64,000 nucleotides of DNA from positions 17,645-81,644 of IMG/VR virus record IMGVR_UViG_3300020596_000020; one strand, 5' to 3'. The first letter of the stretch is position 1. Each line of letters begins with the position of its first letter. The notes under the pieces are model-generated. The model did not search any database. It saw only the letters and a list, made by a program, of their open reading frames with translations, and was not told the origin of the DNA. The position numbers were made by a program, and so were the translations under genes. Shown piece after piece: positions 9,532-19,383 of the stretch. This DNA comes from a virus.

Positions 9532-9844
9532 CGAACTCCAGCGGTTTCCACCAGCGAATGTTGCGACGCTCCTTAAACGAACGGAGCTTGAGCTCCACCC
9601 CCGTCAATTCCTTCCAAAGGGCCACAATCTCGAGCTCCATCTGATTGAGAGCAACAATGTTCTTGGTACGTTCATCGCGTTTAGTGAATAATTTTCGTGT
9701 GTCATTGTCGACTTCATTGAGTATCTGCTCTTTCAGAGATACCCAATCATCAGTCAAGTCTTTTACCCATATAACTGTTAATCTAATCGCGCGCTCGACT
9801 TTCACAGGAATATTATCGTTACTTTGTTTGGGTAACACGCTCAT
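9521..9844 (-). CDS. hypothetical protein
   Basis: 107-aa coupled ORF. Confidence 0.6.
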   Translation of the reverse strand: MSVLPKQSNDNIPVKVERAIRLTVIWVKDLTDDWVSLKEQILNEVDNDTRKLFTKRDERTKNIVALNQMELEIVALWKELTGVELKLRSFKERRNIRWWKPLEFDDE

Positions 9845-10035
9845 GCCACTCGTGAGTAGTTTAGTTGCTCGAATGACGAATCAGATTGCCACCACGGATT
9901 ACGACTCGAGTCTTCAAGCGATCGGCACTCCCACTTCTTGATCAGGATGTCACCATCACGACGACAGTCAATCACGACGAAGATTTCATCGTGCAGACTC
10001 GAGTAGTAGACCTCGCCGACACGATTACACGTCAC
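9841..10035 (-). CDS. small hypothetical protein (GxxW/Y family)
   Basis: GTG 10035: RVGEVYYSSLHDEIFVVI...YSRVA. Confidence 0.55.
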   Translation of the reverse strand: MTCNRVGEVYYSSLHDEIFVVIDCRRDGDILIKKWECRSLEDSSRNPWWQSDSSFEQLNYSRVA

Positions 10036-10483
10036 CGAAAAATCTCTCTTGGAACACGCGAGTGACGACGCTTCGCAAGGCATCAAACATGGGGCGTTGG
10101 TACTGATGACACTGAGGCATGCTCGTGATCGGGAACCACGCCACTTGGTAGTTCTCTTCATCCATAGGGAAAGGCACGGTGTCGACGGTGTTCTCGATGC
10201 CCACGACGGGGATCGCGAGGAAGATGTGAACAGTCTTGCGTTCGTTGCCGGCGTTGACCTCGACGCTGCCAAGAAGTTCAGGCAGGACGAGAACGGCGAC
10301 GCCGGTCTCCTCGTAGGTCTCGCGCGCGGCCGTGTCGATGTCGTTCTCGTTCGACTCGGTATGACCTTTGGGAAAACCCCACATGTCTTGCTTAGCGCGT
10401 GGTCTGACGAGCAAAACCTCATACATACCATGTTCACCCAGACGGATGGTGGCTGTGCCGCAACTGGTTGTAAGCTTCTTCAC
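10025..10483 (-). CDS. Nudix hydrolase
   Basis: Nudix box WGFPKGHTESNENDIDTAARETYEETGV. Confidence 0.92.
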   Translation of the reverse strand: MKKLTTSCGTATIRLGEHGMYEVLLVRPRAKQDMWGFPKGHTESNENDIDTAARETYEETGVAVLVLPELLGSVEVNAGNERKTVHIFLAIPVVGIENTVDTVPFPMDEENYQVAWFPITSMPQCHQYQRPMFDALRSVVTRVFQERFFGDV

Positions 10484-10944
10484 ATTAAGGATGCTAGCGT
10501 TTCCAAGTCCTCTACACGCTTACCGTTGGACACAACAGCACGAACCCAGCGCTTCTTGAGCTTGGAGAGCCAACGACGATATGATTCTGGCTGTCGACCG
10601 CGCGCGAGCATCTCTTCATTCGTGTTAGCATGCATCGCTTGGATCGCGTCGTCGTGATCGGTCGCCACATGGTCGAATTCCGCCTCGACGGCTGTATGGA
10701 ACCACGGGCAAAGCTTCTTAGTCGGCTTGACGCCCTTCGACTTGATCTTGTAGTCGACCGCGCGTAACATGGGGACAACGACCAACGAGGCCTGCTCGTC
10801 GATCCACTTGACCAACACACGTCCGTCGAACGAGATGGCTGCAAGAACGTCGCCAGCTGGCGCCGCCTCGATAGCCTCAAAGGCACGCTCAGCGTACCAT
10901 TCGTCCAAGAGCGTGATGACGCGTCCGTCCATGATGAGCTGCAT
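10480..10944 (-). CDS. hypothetical protein
   Basis: 154-aa coupled ORF. Confidence 0.65.
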   Translation of the reverse strand: MQLIMDGRVITLLDEWYAERAFEAIEAAPAGDVLAAISFDGRVLVKWIDEQASLVVVPMLRAVDYKIKSKGVKPTKKLCPWFHTAVEAEFDHVATDHDDAIQAMHANTNEEMLARGRQPESYRRWLSKLKKRWVRAVVSNGKRVEDLETLASLM

Positions 10945-11139
10945 GACGATTCACTCGCCGGCCTTGACGCAAGACTGGAGGAAGAAACGCTTGAGATCGG
11001 CGTCGGTTACATAGGAGTTGATGTCCATCCCCAGTCGCTCACGAACGAGCTGCTCAAATCGGGGTTGAACTTCAAGGTCAACGGTACGGCCGTTGGTGAT
11101 CGTGAACTGTACGTGACGCATTAGAGCCTCCCTTAAATT

Positions 11140-11778
11140 TTAGTTCGAATGCCTTGAACCCTTGGACACCAAGACGAGAGGATCGTGCGTACTGTCGGAT
11201 TGGTTTCCCCAGGGGTGGAGAGGATCTTCATGTACATTGTTCAACCCGTTTTTATCAGGAAGGAGGTAGGGTGGAACAACCTTTGCCTTGTGCCAAACCT
11301 GTCCGTGTTTATCCTTCTTGGAAGAAACAACAGTGATTGTTCGCGTGGAATTTTTCCAAACCTGACCCACTCGATCGATCACGGGGGCGGCCTTCGCTTG
11401 AGTGAGATAGAACTCGTCTTCGAGTTCTTGTTCTACATCGTCCTCGGTTTCGCCGACGTACACATCGAGCTCGACGACTAAGTCGCTCACAGCGCCTTGA
11501 ACTGCGACTTTAATCTCCTCGACATCAGGTTCCTTTTTGAGATACCAACCGATCTGTCTAGGGTTGATCCCTTCGCCCCAATCAGACTCTGCATTGACAA
11601 GCGGATTGACGATATTCGTGATGATTTCCGCGATAGCGAAGACTTCATTGACGTACTTGCTAGCAATGGCTTGCTGTTCAGGTGTACGTTCACCACGAGC
11701 ATCACGTTGACTAGCATTCGCAGCCAGATTCGTTTTTTTGTTTGACAGCGCAAACGTGATCGTTAGTTCGTAGTTCAT
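11140..11778 (-). CDS. hypothetical protein
   Basis: 212-aa ORF abutting the upstream gene. Confidence 0.6.
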   Translation of the reverse strand: MNYELTITFALSNKKTNLAANASQRDARGERTPEQQAIASKYVNEVFAIAEIITNIVNPLVNAESDWGEGINPRQIGWYLKKEPDVEEIKVAVQGAVSDLVVELDVYVGETEDDVEQELEDEFYLTQAKAAPVIDRVGQVWKNSTRTITVVSSKKDKHGQVWHKAKVVPPYLLPDKNGLNNVHEDPLHPWGNQSDSTHDPLVLVSKGSRHSN

Positions 11779-12417
11779 TTATCTCTTCTTCGGAATGATC
11801 GGTGCAGGAGCCGACGTGTCTTCTTTGGGCGGCGGGGCTGCCTTCCGAGTGATAGGCGCGCCGACATGTGCAGAGGCGGGCGCGATGGCCTTTCTCATCA
11901 CCGACGGCTTGATGGTGCGCGTAACCTTGCCATTTGACTTTGTCGCAACGCCGTGATCCTTGGGCTCCTCAGCCGCACCTGCGTCGACTTGCCCTGAGAC
12001 GATCTGCGCGATGCCCTTAAGATACGCATGCAGTGCGTCCTGCTCACTATCCTCGAGTGCGTCGAAGTAGCGTGTGAGCTCGTCCATGACTTTTGTCTCT
12101 TTAAAAGATTGACCGCCGCGAATGGAGTTGAGCTGGTCGACGATCGTCTCCACCCTGACAGACTCTTCGGATTCGTTATCATCCTTAGACGGGTCAGTGT
12201 CTGACGAAGGAGAAGTCGGCGTCCCCTTGGGGGCTGAAGGCGCTGGGGCTGACGTCGCGGCGCTAGCAGGCGCTGCAGCCGGCGCGGAACCGCCGGCCGG
12301 GGCTGCTTCCCCCACCTCAAAGAGTCTCGCGCGCGTGACACGCTTGGCATGGTCGTTAAGTTTGCTGACGAGATTCTCGAGCTGCTGTTTCGTTTGGACG
12401 CGCGCTGCTGCCTTCAT
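11779..12417 (-). CDS. hypothetical Ala/Pro-rich protein (probable virion protein)
   Basis: Low-complexity linker plus a conserved-looking core IVDQLNSIRGGQSFK. Confidence 0.7.
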   Translation of the reverse strand: MKAAARVQTKQQLENLVSKLNDHAKRVTRARLFEVGEAAPAGGSAPAAAPASAATSAPAPSAPKGTPTSPSSDTDPSKDDNESEESVRVETIVDQLNSIRGGQSFKETKVMDELTRYFDALEDSEQDALHAYLKGIAQIVSGQVDAGAAEEPKDHGVATKSNGKVTRTIKPSVMRKAIAPASAHVGAPITRKAAPPPKEDTSAPAPIIPKKR

Positions 12418-12421
12418 TGAC

Positions 12422-13018
12422 TCATTTCCCGATCTTAATGCGATTGCTAGGGCTCTCTTGCGTGCGGAGTTGACGGATATGACCGATGCTCTCTTGATTT
12501 AACGGCGCGCGCTTCAGACGATTCTTTGCCTCTTCAAGACGAAGTGTCTCCTCCATGTAGGTGTCGCCGTTGAACTTGGCGGACTCGTGCTTCATATGAG
12601 ACGGGGAGCGCTGAGTCTGAGCGATCGCATCGCCGATAGCGGTGTCCTGATTCATACGGTTATGACCGCAACCCATCGGGTCGTCGCAGTCGTTGGTGAT
12701 GCCGTCGCCAGGCATGCTACCGCAGCCTGGACATGCCTCAGAGTCGCGTTCGGTGTCGGGCGCCATCTCGTCACCAAAATCGTCATGAATGTCGTCGAGC
12801 GTCAATTCGGGCCAGTGGTACGGGACGCCGGATGCGTCAGCGTGCTCGTCACCATGTTTCGAGCGCACTCCGGAACTTCGCATCGTTTCGGGCCCGTCGA
12901 AGGCTTCCTTGAGGTCGGTCGCACATTTGCGACAAACGTTGGCCCCATAGAAGTTCCGGACCTCGTTCACACGCTTGACGCACGCATCACAGCTCTTCAT
13001 CATGCTCATACGTAGCAT
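12422..13018 (-). CDS. hypothetical protein with Zn-ribbon motifs
   Basis: CDAC/CRKC and CPGC/CDDPMGC. Confidence 0.6.
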   Translation of the reverse strand: MLRMSMMKSCDACVKRVNEVRNFYGANVCRKCATDLKEAFDGPETMRSSGVRSKHGDEHADASGVPYHWPELTLDDIHDDFGDEMAPDTERDSEACPGCGSMPGDGITNDCDDPMGCGHNRMNQDTAIGDAIAQTQRSPSHMKHESAKFNGDTYMEETLRLEEAKNRLKRAPLNQESIGHIRQLRTQESPSNRIKIGK

Positions 13019-13536
13019 GCCTCGTCCGCCGCCACCGTGAACGAGCAGGTGCCGTACGAGAAGCTAAGCGAGCAATCAAGCTCGCCCATCAAACCAAAAG
13101 TTGCGTTATCGACGGTCGCGCGCACGAGTTCAAGCTTCTGACTTGCGGCTTCTTTTACTACCTCAACAGCCGCAGCGATGTTCGTCTCAACCACGACCAG
13201 CCATCCCTTGCCGAACGACATAGACGAAATTGTGCCTTCAATCCACTTGACAGTCTCGTTTGCGAAGACTAGTTCCAACGACACTTCGACAGTTGGAAAT
13301 GGCTGTAAGATCAACTTCTTAGCCTCATTTTGCTCGGCGCCGACCTCGATGTACTCGTTCATCTCCTTGATGACGTCATCGAGAGGGAGCGTCAGCAACG
13401 CTTCGTCCAGACGACCTTCGAGGTCGTTCGTCATGTACACCGCGTCAGAATCTGTAGTCGTGCTCGATTTCGCCATCTCGAAGCGCAACGTAGTCCATCT
13501 CACGTCGCATACTGTCGAGCGTCTTCGCGAACTCAA
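13006..13536 (-). CDS. hypothetical protein (true start probably internal)
   Basis: Protein-like acidic/beta-rich C-terminal part. Confidence 0.55.
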   Translation of the reverse strand: MSSRRRSTVCDVRWTTLRFEMAKSSTTTDSDAVYMTNDLEGRLDEALLTLPLDDVIKEMNEYIEVGAEQNEAKKLILQPFPTVEVSLELVFANETVKWIEGTISSMSFGKGWLVVVETNIAAAVEVVKEAASQKLELVRATVDNATFGLMGELDCSLSFSYGTCSFTVAADEACYV

Positions 13537-13816
13537 CCATCGGCTCCGTGAGCCCGATCGGTGGCTGCTTGAGCACGACGGTGACCACCTTACCCTCGAT
13601 GGTCCAAATCACGTCTTCCTTGCCACGATGCGTCTCCAGCGCGATACACTGAATTATGAAGCGGTCGCGGATAGGCAACTCCTTGAACTCGTAGCTCTTC
13701 ATCAGACCGACGTCGATGATGTGCCTCCAGCGGGAGCCTGGTGAAACGGGTCGACCCGGCTGAACGGCCACGATCGGCTTATTGCTAACCGTGAAGTACT
13801 CTTTAAGGGCTTTCAC
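13445..13816 (-). CDS. pterin-4a-carbinolamine dehydratase-like protein (degenerate)
   Basis: GTG 13816; W...LMKSYEF...F...E...VTVVL...GLTE..EFAKTLD follows the PCD fold pattern but lacks the HHP motif. Confidence 0.5.
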   Translation of the reverse strand: MKALKEYFTVSNKPIVAVQPGRPVSPGSRWRHIIDVGLMKSYEFKELPIRDRFIIQCIALETHRGKEDVIWTIEGKVVTVVLKQPPIGLTEPMVEFAKTLDSMRREMDYVALRDGEIEHDYRF

Positions 13817-13980
13817 TCTTGTGATCCTTGCGAAACAGATTTTCTTTATTATAACTTGCGAGCAAAATCTGAGCAAACACGAAGTTGTTCTAAGGAGAGC
13901 TATACGCTTTCCGCGATCAGGTTCTCGCTGAGGATCTTTTTGTAAAGTCAAAGCCAACGATCTCGCGTAGGTTTCGCTTC

Positions 13981-15762
13981 TCAGTCATCGGAATCGTCTT
14001 GCGTGTCCGCGCGATAGGCGCGCACGGCACGCTTCACGAACTTCGAGAAGAAATCACGGAATTCATCGCTGTACGCCACAACGTCGGCGTTGTCATGCAG
14101 GTACTTGATGTCGCCCGCGTCGAGCTCGCCCGTCTTGGTGAGCATCTGGATGTAGTCGTCGACGCCCGTCATGACGAGCTCAGCGAGGTCATTCGGGTCC
14201 ATGTCATGCAGAATCTTGAAGCGCTCGAGCGCGATGCCGACGGCCTTCTTGGCGCCTTCGGGCGTGAAACCGAGCTTCTCGCTGATCTTCTCGTATGTTT
14301 CGCCGTCGACACCATAACCGGTGCCGATGTCGATGCGCGGCTTGGGGGAGCCCTTCTTACCTTTGGGCGCGTCATTGTCGTCGTCGTCCGACTCCTCAGG
14401 ATCCCAATCGGTGTTCTTGCTGAGCGAATCGAGATATGTCTGCTTCTCCTCGTCGTCGATGATGTCCTCGTTTGGGTCGAAGTTCAACGAGCCGTCGGCG
14501 CGGAAATCGTCATCGGACGAACCACCGAGCGCGGCGAACGTTTTAGAGGGAGGGCCTTCGAAGTCATCATCTTCGGGACGCGAGGTGTCGAACCCGCCGC
14601 TGCCCATGAACTTTCCTTTGCCGAAGCCAAAGGGAAGCTTGTGGTCGCCGTCAGCCTCAGTCATCGCCGCGTCGTAGTTGGCTTCGTCGAGCTCATCCAT
14701 CTCGTCGAACTCGTCCATCTCGTCAACACCTCGAATGTTATCTCGCTTGGTCGCATTGCGTCCAGCGACTCTCGACGCACCGGCTGCGTCTGCCATCTTC
14801 GAAACCGCATCGTGAGCACTGCCAGACGAGTCTGTTGCACGTGCAGCGCGCATCTTGTGTACATCGCGTGCGGCGGCGTTGCGATCGCCAGGAAGGGGCG
14901 TCGAGCCGTCGGGACGCTGCCGACTAATGCCGCCGGCTTGACTCGCGACATCGCGCGGGTTGATCCGCACGGGGGCCTCAGCAAGAGCTTCAGCCGCGAT
15001 GTCGCGAATAGCTTCAGCGAGCGAGCCGCCGCCAAAAGACGACGGGTTGTGCTTCGTCGCTTTGCCCGGGAACGGCTTGTCGCCGTCGGACTCGTTCTTG
15101 GTTTTTGTGCCCTTCTTCTTGAACTGATTCGCCTTGAACTTGCCGCCGCCAAAAGCGAAGGGATTACCCTTCTTCTTCTTGGCTTCCTCGAGAGCTTCGC
15201 CGGCGATCTGTCGGATGGCCTCACCAAGGTTCTTGACGGGCTTCTCAGTTTTACCAGGTAGAGTGGCAAACCTGTCTTCGTAGTCGTCTTTCGTAAACCA
15301 GTCGTCGTCGTCATCGTCGTCGTTCGAGGGCAGGGCTTCCGTCACGATGTCGCGAACCACGTCCGCGAGATTCATACTCTCACCAATCTTTTTGTCAGTC
15401 ATGTCAGTGCTCCTCGTGTTCGTTGCATCAGTAGAAGACGGCAGTTCGCGCGCCTTCCCGAAATCCTTCTTGCCGACCTCGTCGCCGCCGACGAGGCTCT
15501 TGATCTTCTTGTACAGTTCGCCAGACTGCTCGTCGTCGACGGTATCAAGCAGGTTCCGCACCATCACGATCAGCTCGTTTTTGGAGCGCGGCGCATGTCT
15601 AATCTCAATGGGATTGAGGTCAAGCTCGAGTGACGTGCGGTCCATCGCCGGGTTTGGCGTGATCGCAGGTTCCGGCGCGTCGTGACTCATGGCGTCCGTG
15701 TTGCTCAAGGCTTCACGAAGCAGCTCACGAAGCGCCGACTCGCTGACAACGGACTTTGTCAC
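13981..15762 (-). CDS. large acidic low-complexity protein with internal LxExIRxIxxEAL repeats (probable head/scaffold-type protein)
   Basis: SESALRELLREAL; LADVVRDIVTEAL, LGEAIRQIAGEAL, LAEAIRDIAAEAL; D/E-rich. Confidence 0.7.
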   Translation of the reverse strand: MTKSVVSESALRELLREALSNTDAMSHDAPEPAITPNPAMDRTSLELDLNPIEIRHAPRSKNELIVMVRNLLDTVDDEQSGELYKKIKSLVGGDEVGKKDFGKARELPSSTDATNTRSTDMTDKKIGESMNLADVVRDIVTEALPSNDDDDDDDWFTKDDYEDRFATLPGKTEKPVKNLGEAIRQIAGEALEEAKKKKGNPFAFGGGKFKANQFKKKGTKTKNESDGDKPFPGKATKHNPSSFGGGSLAEAIRDIAAEALAEAPVRINPRDVASQAGGISRQRPDGSTPLPGDRNAAARDVHKMRAARATDSSGSAHDAVSKMADAAGASRVAGRNATKRDNIRGVDEMDEFDEMDELDEANYDAAMTEADGDHKLPFGFGKGKFMGSGGFDTSRPEDDDFEGPPSKTFAALGGSSDDDFRADGSLNFDPNEDIIDDEEKQTYLDSLSKNTDWDPEESDDDDNDAPKGKKGSPKPRIDIGTGYGVDGETYEKISEKLGFTPEGAKKAVGIALERFKILHDMDPNDLAELVMTGVDDYIQMLTKTGELDAGDIKYLHDNADVVAYSDEFRDFFSKFVKRAVRAYRADTQDDSDD

Positions 15763-15764
15763 GA

Positions 15765-16163
15765 TTAACCCTGCTCTTGCTTCGCGACGTCCGCGTTCTG
15801 CTGGATGATTTGATTGGTCATCTGATTCATGGTCGGGTTGGGCATCTGCATGGGCGAGCCGCCGAGGTCAGACGTCGTCGTGATTGTGTTTGGGTTGCCC
15901 CACTTGGCTTCGGTCGCGCGTCGAGCGACGTACGTGCCCAGAATGAGGCCGAAGTAAGCGGCGCAAGCGCCGGAGTCGAATGACTTGAACTCAACAGGTC
16001 CGATCTTAGAAAAGATGGACACGATGTAAGCGAAGGTCGTGGCCCAGAAGGAGATGGCGAGCATCGTCACCGAGATAGACGGGTACCCAGCCGAGTCCTT
16101 CATCCACAACTTGCTAGTCTTGATGACTTCAGGCGTGACAGCAATTTCAGGTGTGTCGCTCAT
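15765..16163 (-). CDS. membrane protein (holin-like candidate)
   Basis: Start MSDTPE at 16163; two TM segments; TAGTTA upstream. Confidence 0.55.
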   Translation of the reverse strand: MSDTPEIAVTPEVIKTSKLWMKDSAGYPSISVTMLAISFWATTFAYIVSIFSKIGPVEFKSFDSGACAAYFGLILGTYVARRATEAKWGNPNTITTTSDLGGSPMQMPNPTMNQMTNQIIQQNADVAKQEQG

Positions 16164-16189
16164 GGCGGGAGTAACTAGGCGTTTCCTCC

Positions 16190-16669
16190 TCACTTCGCGG
16201 CACCCACGACCATGATGCTGAGAGTTACGATAACCGCGCCGACGAGAACGCCTCCACCAGCCCACAACCAAGCGTTGCCGCGGGCAGATTCGGACTTCTC
16301 CAGACGTGTCGTAAGATCCTTGATGTTATCATCGCGCTGCTCGATCGCAGCCTTCGCAATCTCACGATCACGTTTTGTGTCGGAGACGGCGTTAGCAAGT
16401 GTCTTTTCACTGTGCGCTTTCTCTTCGGCGCGCGCACGGTCTGTCTCTACTAACATGCGCTTCGGGCAGTCCTTCGCCTCAGCAATGACGCGGGCGACAG
16501 CCTCAGGTGTGAGAAGAATGCCAGTGAAGGGGGCGAGCGCACCTTTCGTCACCGGCGTAATAACAGGGGCGATCCACGAGGTCGGCTCATCGGCAGAAGC
16601 CGTGGAAGAAAGAAAGAGAGTGAAGCTCAGTGCGAGCGAAGCGAGCAGGCAGCGCATGAAACACATCAT
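16190..16669 (-). CDS. exported coiled-coil protein with C-terminal TM (spanin-like candidate)
   Basis: Signal peptide (TASA-DE), APFTGILL, coiled coil, C-terminal TM. Confidence 0.55.
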   Translation of the reverse strand: MMCFMRCLLASLALSFTLFLSSTASADEPTSWIAPVITPVTKGALAPFTGILLTPEAVARVIAEAKDCPKRMLVETDRARAEEKAHSEKTLANAVSDTKRDREIAKAAIEQRDDNIKDLTTRLEKSESARGNAWLWAGGGVLVGAVIVTLSIMVVGAAK

Positions 16670-16828
16670 ACGCAGTGACCCTAGCCTCTGCAAAGCGCTA
16701 TTTCACGGTCAAGCGCGTTTTTTCACGTTTCACTCGCAGAGATAGGACCAATCTCCGAACGGATGCTGCACATCCGGCAATGGCGAAGAGAATACCGATA
16801 GCGCAGACGAGCGTCTCCGTCGAGGGTG

Positions 16829-17218
16829 TCACAGCTTCTGCACTTGAAAGCCTAGGACAGCCGCGAGCTCCGCTGCGAGAGCGTCCGGGTCATCCTTATG
16901 CTTCTTGAGAATGCGATCGACTTCAACTCGTTTTTCAACATCGAGATTGGTGAGAGCCTTCTTGTACCGGTCGTCCAGCATCTTTAGAGTTTCTTCGAGA
17001 CGCTGCTGATTCTCCTGATGTTCTCGAAGGCGCGTCTCTTCCGCCGCGCGAATGCGTTCGATCTCCTCTGAGTGTCGCTTGTTGATGGCGTTGATCTGGT
17101 TCGCCATGTCAGAAGGGCCCTTAGCGAAGACAACCATCGCGAGCACGCCCGCAACAACCGCGAAGAAGAGCCAAGCATATCTTTTGATGTACGTCCAGGC
17201 AATGCTCAGTGTGATCAT
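16829..17218 (-). CDS. N-terminal TM coiled-coil protein (i-spanin-like candidate)
   Basis: Single N-terminal TM followed by a long coiled coil. Confidence 0.55.
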   Translation of the reverse strand: MITLSIAWTYIKRYAWLFFAVVAGVLAMVVFAKGPSDMANQINAINKRHSEEIERIRAAEETRLREHQENQQRLEETLKMLDDRYKKALTNLDVEKRVEVDRILKKHKDDPDALAAELAAVLGFQVQKL

Positions 17219-17517
17219 CAGTTCATCATCCGTTTCCGTTGGGCAAGCTCGTCGAGCGTCTCGCCTTCCGCTTCCTGAGACTGCATCTGGTCGTCCTCAA
17301 TGTTGCTCTCGGCCGTGAGGTAACTGCAGATGTCGTCGATCTCGCGCTTGTTACTGATCAAGATCTTCGTCAGGTCGATGCAACTCTTTTGCACACCGCT
17401 CACCGCTTGTGCGATCCGCAAGATCTGGCTTTCGAGAGTGATCACATGCTCCTTCAGCGCCGTATTCTCCTCGGACGCCTCAAGTAACATTTTGAATTTC
17501 TTGTCCCAAATGCTCAT
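17218..17517 (-). CDS. hypothetical coiled-coil protein
   Basis: 99-aa coupled ORF. Confidence 0.6.
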   Translation of the reverse strand: MSIWDKKFKMLLEASEENTALKEHVITLESQILRIAQAVSGVQKSCIDLTKILISNKREIDDICSYLTAESNIEDDQMQSQEAEGETLDELAQRKRMMN

Positions 17518-17795
17518 GTGTCGTCGCTCTCTAACATGTCATAAAGTAGGTCGCTGTCGACCTGTGACAGAGCGCCGCGCTCGATCCGTTCGTGAAGCTT
17601 CCCGTTGTATTTGAGTCTCGCGAGCTCGTCAAGGATAGAGATAGCGCGATCATCGCCTTCTGCGACTAGTGCGACGAAGCCACCCAGCGTGTCCTGCAAC
17701 GTCAGTTGTCGCTCGAACGTCGCCACCTTGGTTTTAACGTACGATGATTGTGGTAGAAGCACATGGATGTTCCGCTTCGCTCCGAACTTCTTCAA
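17514..17795 (-). CDS. hypothetical protein
   Basis: 93-aa coupled ORF. Confidence 0.6.
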   Translation of the reverse strand: MKKFGAKRNIHVLLPQSSYVKTKVATFERQLTLQDTLGGFVALVAEGDDRAISILDELARLKYNGKLHERIERGALSQVDSDLLYDMLESDDT

Positions 17796-18625
17796 GGGGC
17801 GCCGGTGCCTGAACCGCCGCTAGCTGCCGACGGCGCGCCGCCCCCGCCAGGCGCTCCGCCTGCGCCGGCCGCGGCAGGGCGGTCAGCGAAGCGTTCGCCT
17901 TCGAGATCACGTTCCGACTCCAATTCGATGTCGAAGTTCGCACCGAGGACTTGTTTGAAGTTCTCGGCGGCGTCGGGGCCATACTTCTTCGCGACGTGGT
18001 TGTAAGCGCGGCGTGCGATGGTCGCCTTCATGTCGATCAGTGTGTCGGTACGGTCGACAAGGGTCGCGATGTCGCTTGCAAAGTCGGTCGCTGAAAACTG
18101 TTGCTCCTTCTCAGGATCCGTCGGGTCCATCTCCATATTCGCGGTGCCGGTCGCGTCGAGCGTCTCGCTCGCCTTCTGAAAGTAGCCGTCGAGCGCAACA
18201 TCGATTGAATCGTTGGCAATCTGCTGGACGTCGCCAGGTTGGATCTCTGGCTCCTCGGCAAGCATCCGACGGCCACGTGTGAGCTCCTCAGTGACGAGCT
18301 GCGCCAGACGTGAGGCCACAGCGGTCTGGTAGACAGTGACACCCTCGAGCATCTCAAGACTCTCGGCGACGACTTCGTCCTGCGCGGCCGTGTCTACGTT
18401 CTCCAAGAACAGCTCAGCAGCTAACTGAATACGATCGAGGTTCTCAACCATCTCGCGGCGCGTCACGGTGTGAGTGCATCGGTCGGCGATGTTGTAGAGA
18501 TGTTTGTCGATGCGTGTGACGATGGCACGAACACTCGACAGAGACGCCATGTACGGGTCGTTCAGGGCTTCCCGTAGTGAGCTAGCGAGTCGGTTGATCT
18601 CAGACTTAATTTCGCTGACTTTCAT
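17792..18625 (-). CDS. hypothetical protein (probable virion protein)
   Basis: 277 aa, acidic, Gly/Ala tail; coupled to the SOD gene. Confidence 0.7.
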   Translation of the reverse strand: MKVSEIKSEINRLASSLREALNDPYMASLSSVRAIVTRIDKHLYNIADRCTHTVTRREMVENLDRIQLAAELFLENVDTAAQDEVVAESLEMLEGVTVYQTAVASRLAQLVTEELTRGRRMLAEEPEIQPGDVQQIANDSIDVALDGYFQKASETLDATGTANMEMDPTDPEKEQQFSATDFASDIATLVDRTDTLIDMKATIARRAYNHVAKKYGPDAAENFKQVLGANFDIELESERDLEGERFADRPAAAGAGGAPGGGGAPSAASGGSGTGAP

Positions 18626-19383
18626 CCCATCACCTCTTTCACGGCAGTGACTCGCTTGAAGCGGTCTTCGATGACTTCCCAGTTTAACTCACGCATCATC
18701 GCGGTCAAGTAACCCTTCTTGTCACCGGCGTAGTCACGCACATAAGCGTGTTCCCAGAGATCGATGACGATGATCGGCAGAATGCCCACCGGAACTCCTT
18801 GATCGTGACTGTCGATCGTCACATTAATCAACCGCTTGAGAAACAAACTGTACCCACAGACAACCCAACCAGACCGCGACGCGAGCGCTGCGGCCATGAA
18901 GTCCTTCATCCACGCGTCGAAAGTGCCCCAATCGCGAGACAGGTAGATGTACGAGTCCGAGTCCTGGAAGAGCTCCGAGTTGAGATCGAAACAGTTCGCA
19001 AAGAAGAGCTCATGCAGGTAGGTCGCGTTGAGATTGTAGACCTCGTCCTTCTTTACCGAGCGGTACGCGGAGTGCGCCGAGCTGACGTTCTCTTTGTCGG
19101 CTGCGTCGACCTCAGCGCTGACGCGAGTCAGTAGCTCGGTATAGGACTTATAAAGCTGCTCGTGATGCTTCTTGGCCGGCTCAGATAGGTGATTAGTCGT
19201 CATGGAGTACGACTTGTTCTGCGCCACATAGGCCTCGTCAAGGAACGAACTCTTCGATTGCGCGGTCTTCCTGTCTTTGCCACGAATCTCGGCCGCGACC
19301 TCCTTGACGCATGCCGCAGCGAGGTCAGAGATGTCGGCGTCGCTAAACTCCGGGATGTGCAACTTAGTCAAGATCGAACCCAC
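18622..19383 (-). CDS. sod: Fe/Mn superoxide dismutase family protein with N-terminal extension
   Basis: KHHEQLY, YLHELFF, SGWVV, DLWEHAYVRDY metal-ligand motifs. Confidence 0.88.
   Translation of the reverse strand: MGSILTKLHIPEFSDADISDLAAACVKEVAAEIRGKDRKTAQSKSSFLDEAYVAQNKSYSMTTNHLSEPAKKHHEQLYKSYTELLTRVSAEVDAADKENVSSAHSAYRSVKKDEVYNLNATYLHELFFANCFDLNSELFQDSDSYIYLSRDWGTFDAWMKDFMAAALASRSGWVVCGYSLFLKRLINVTIDSHDQGVPVGILPIIVIDLWEHAYVRDYAGDKKGYLTAMMRELNWEVIEDRFKRVTAVKEVMG

Noticed and set aside
13817-13980. AT-richer intergenic gap as a replication origin or ncRNA
   Set aside because: No iterons or convincing structure could be identified by eye.
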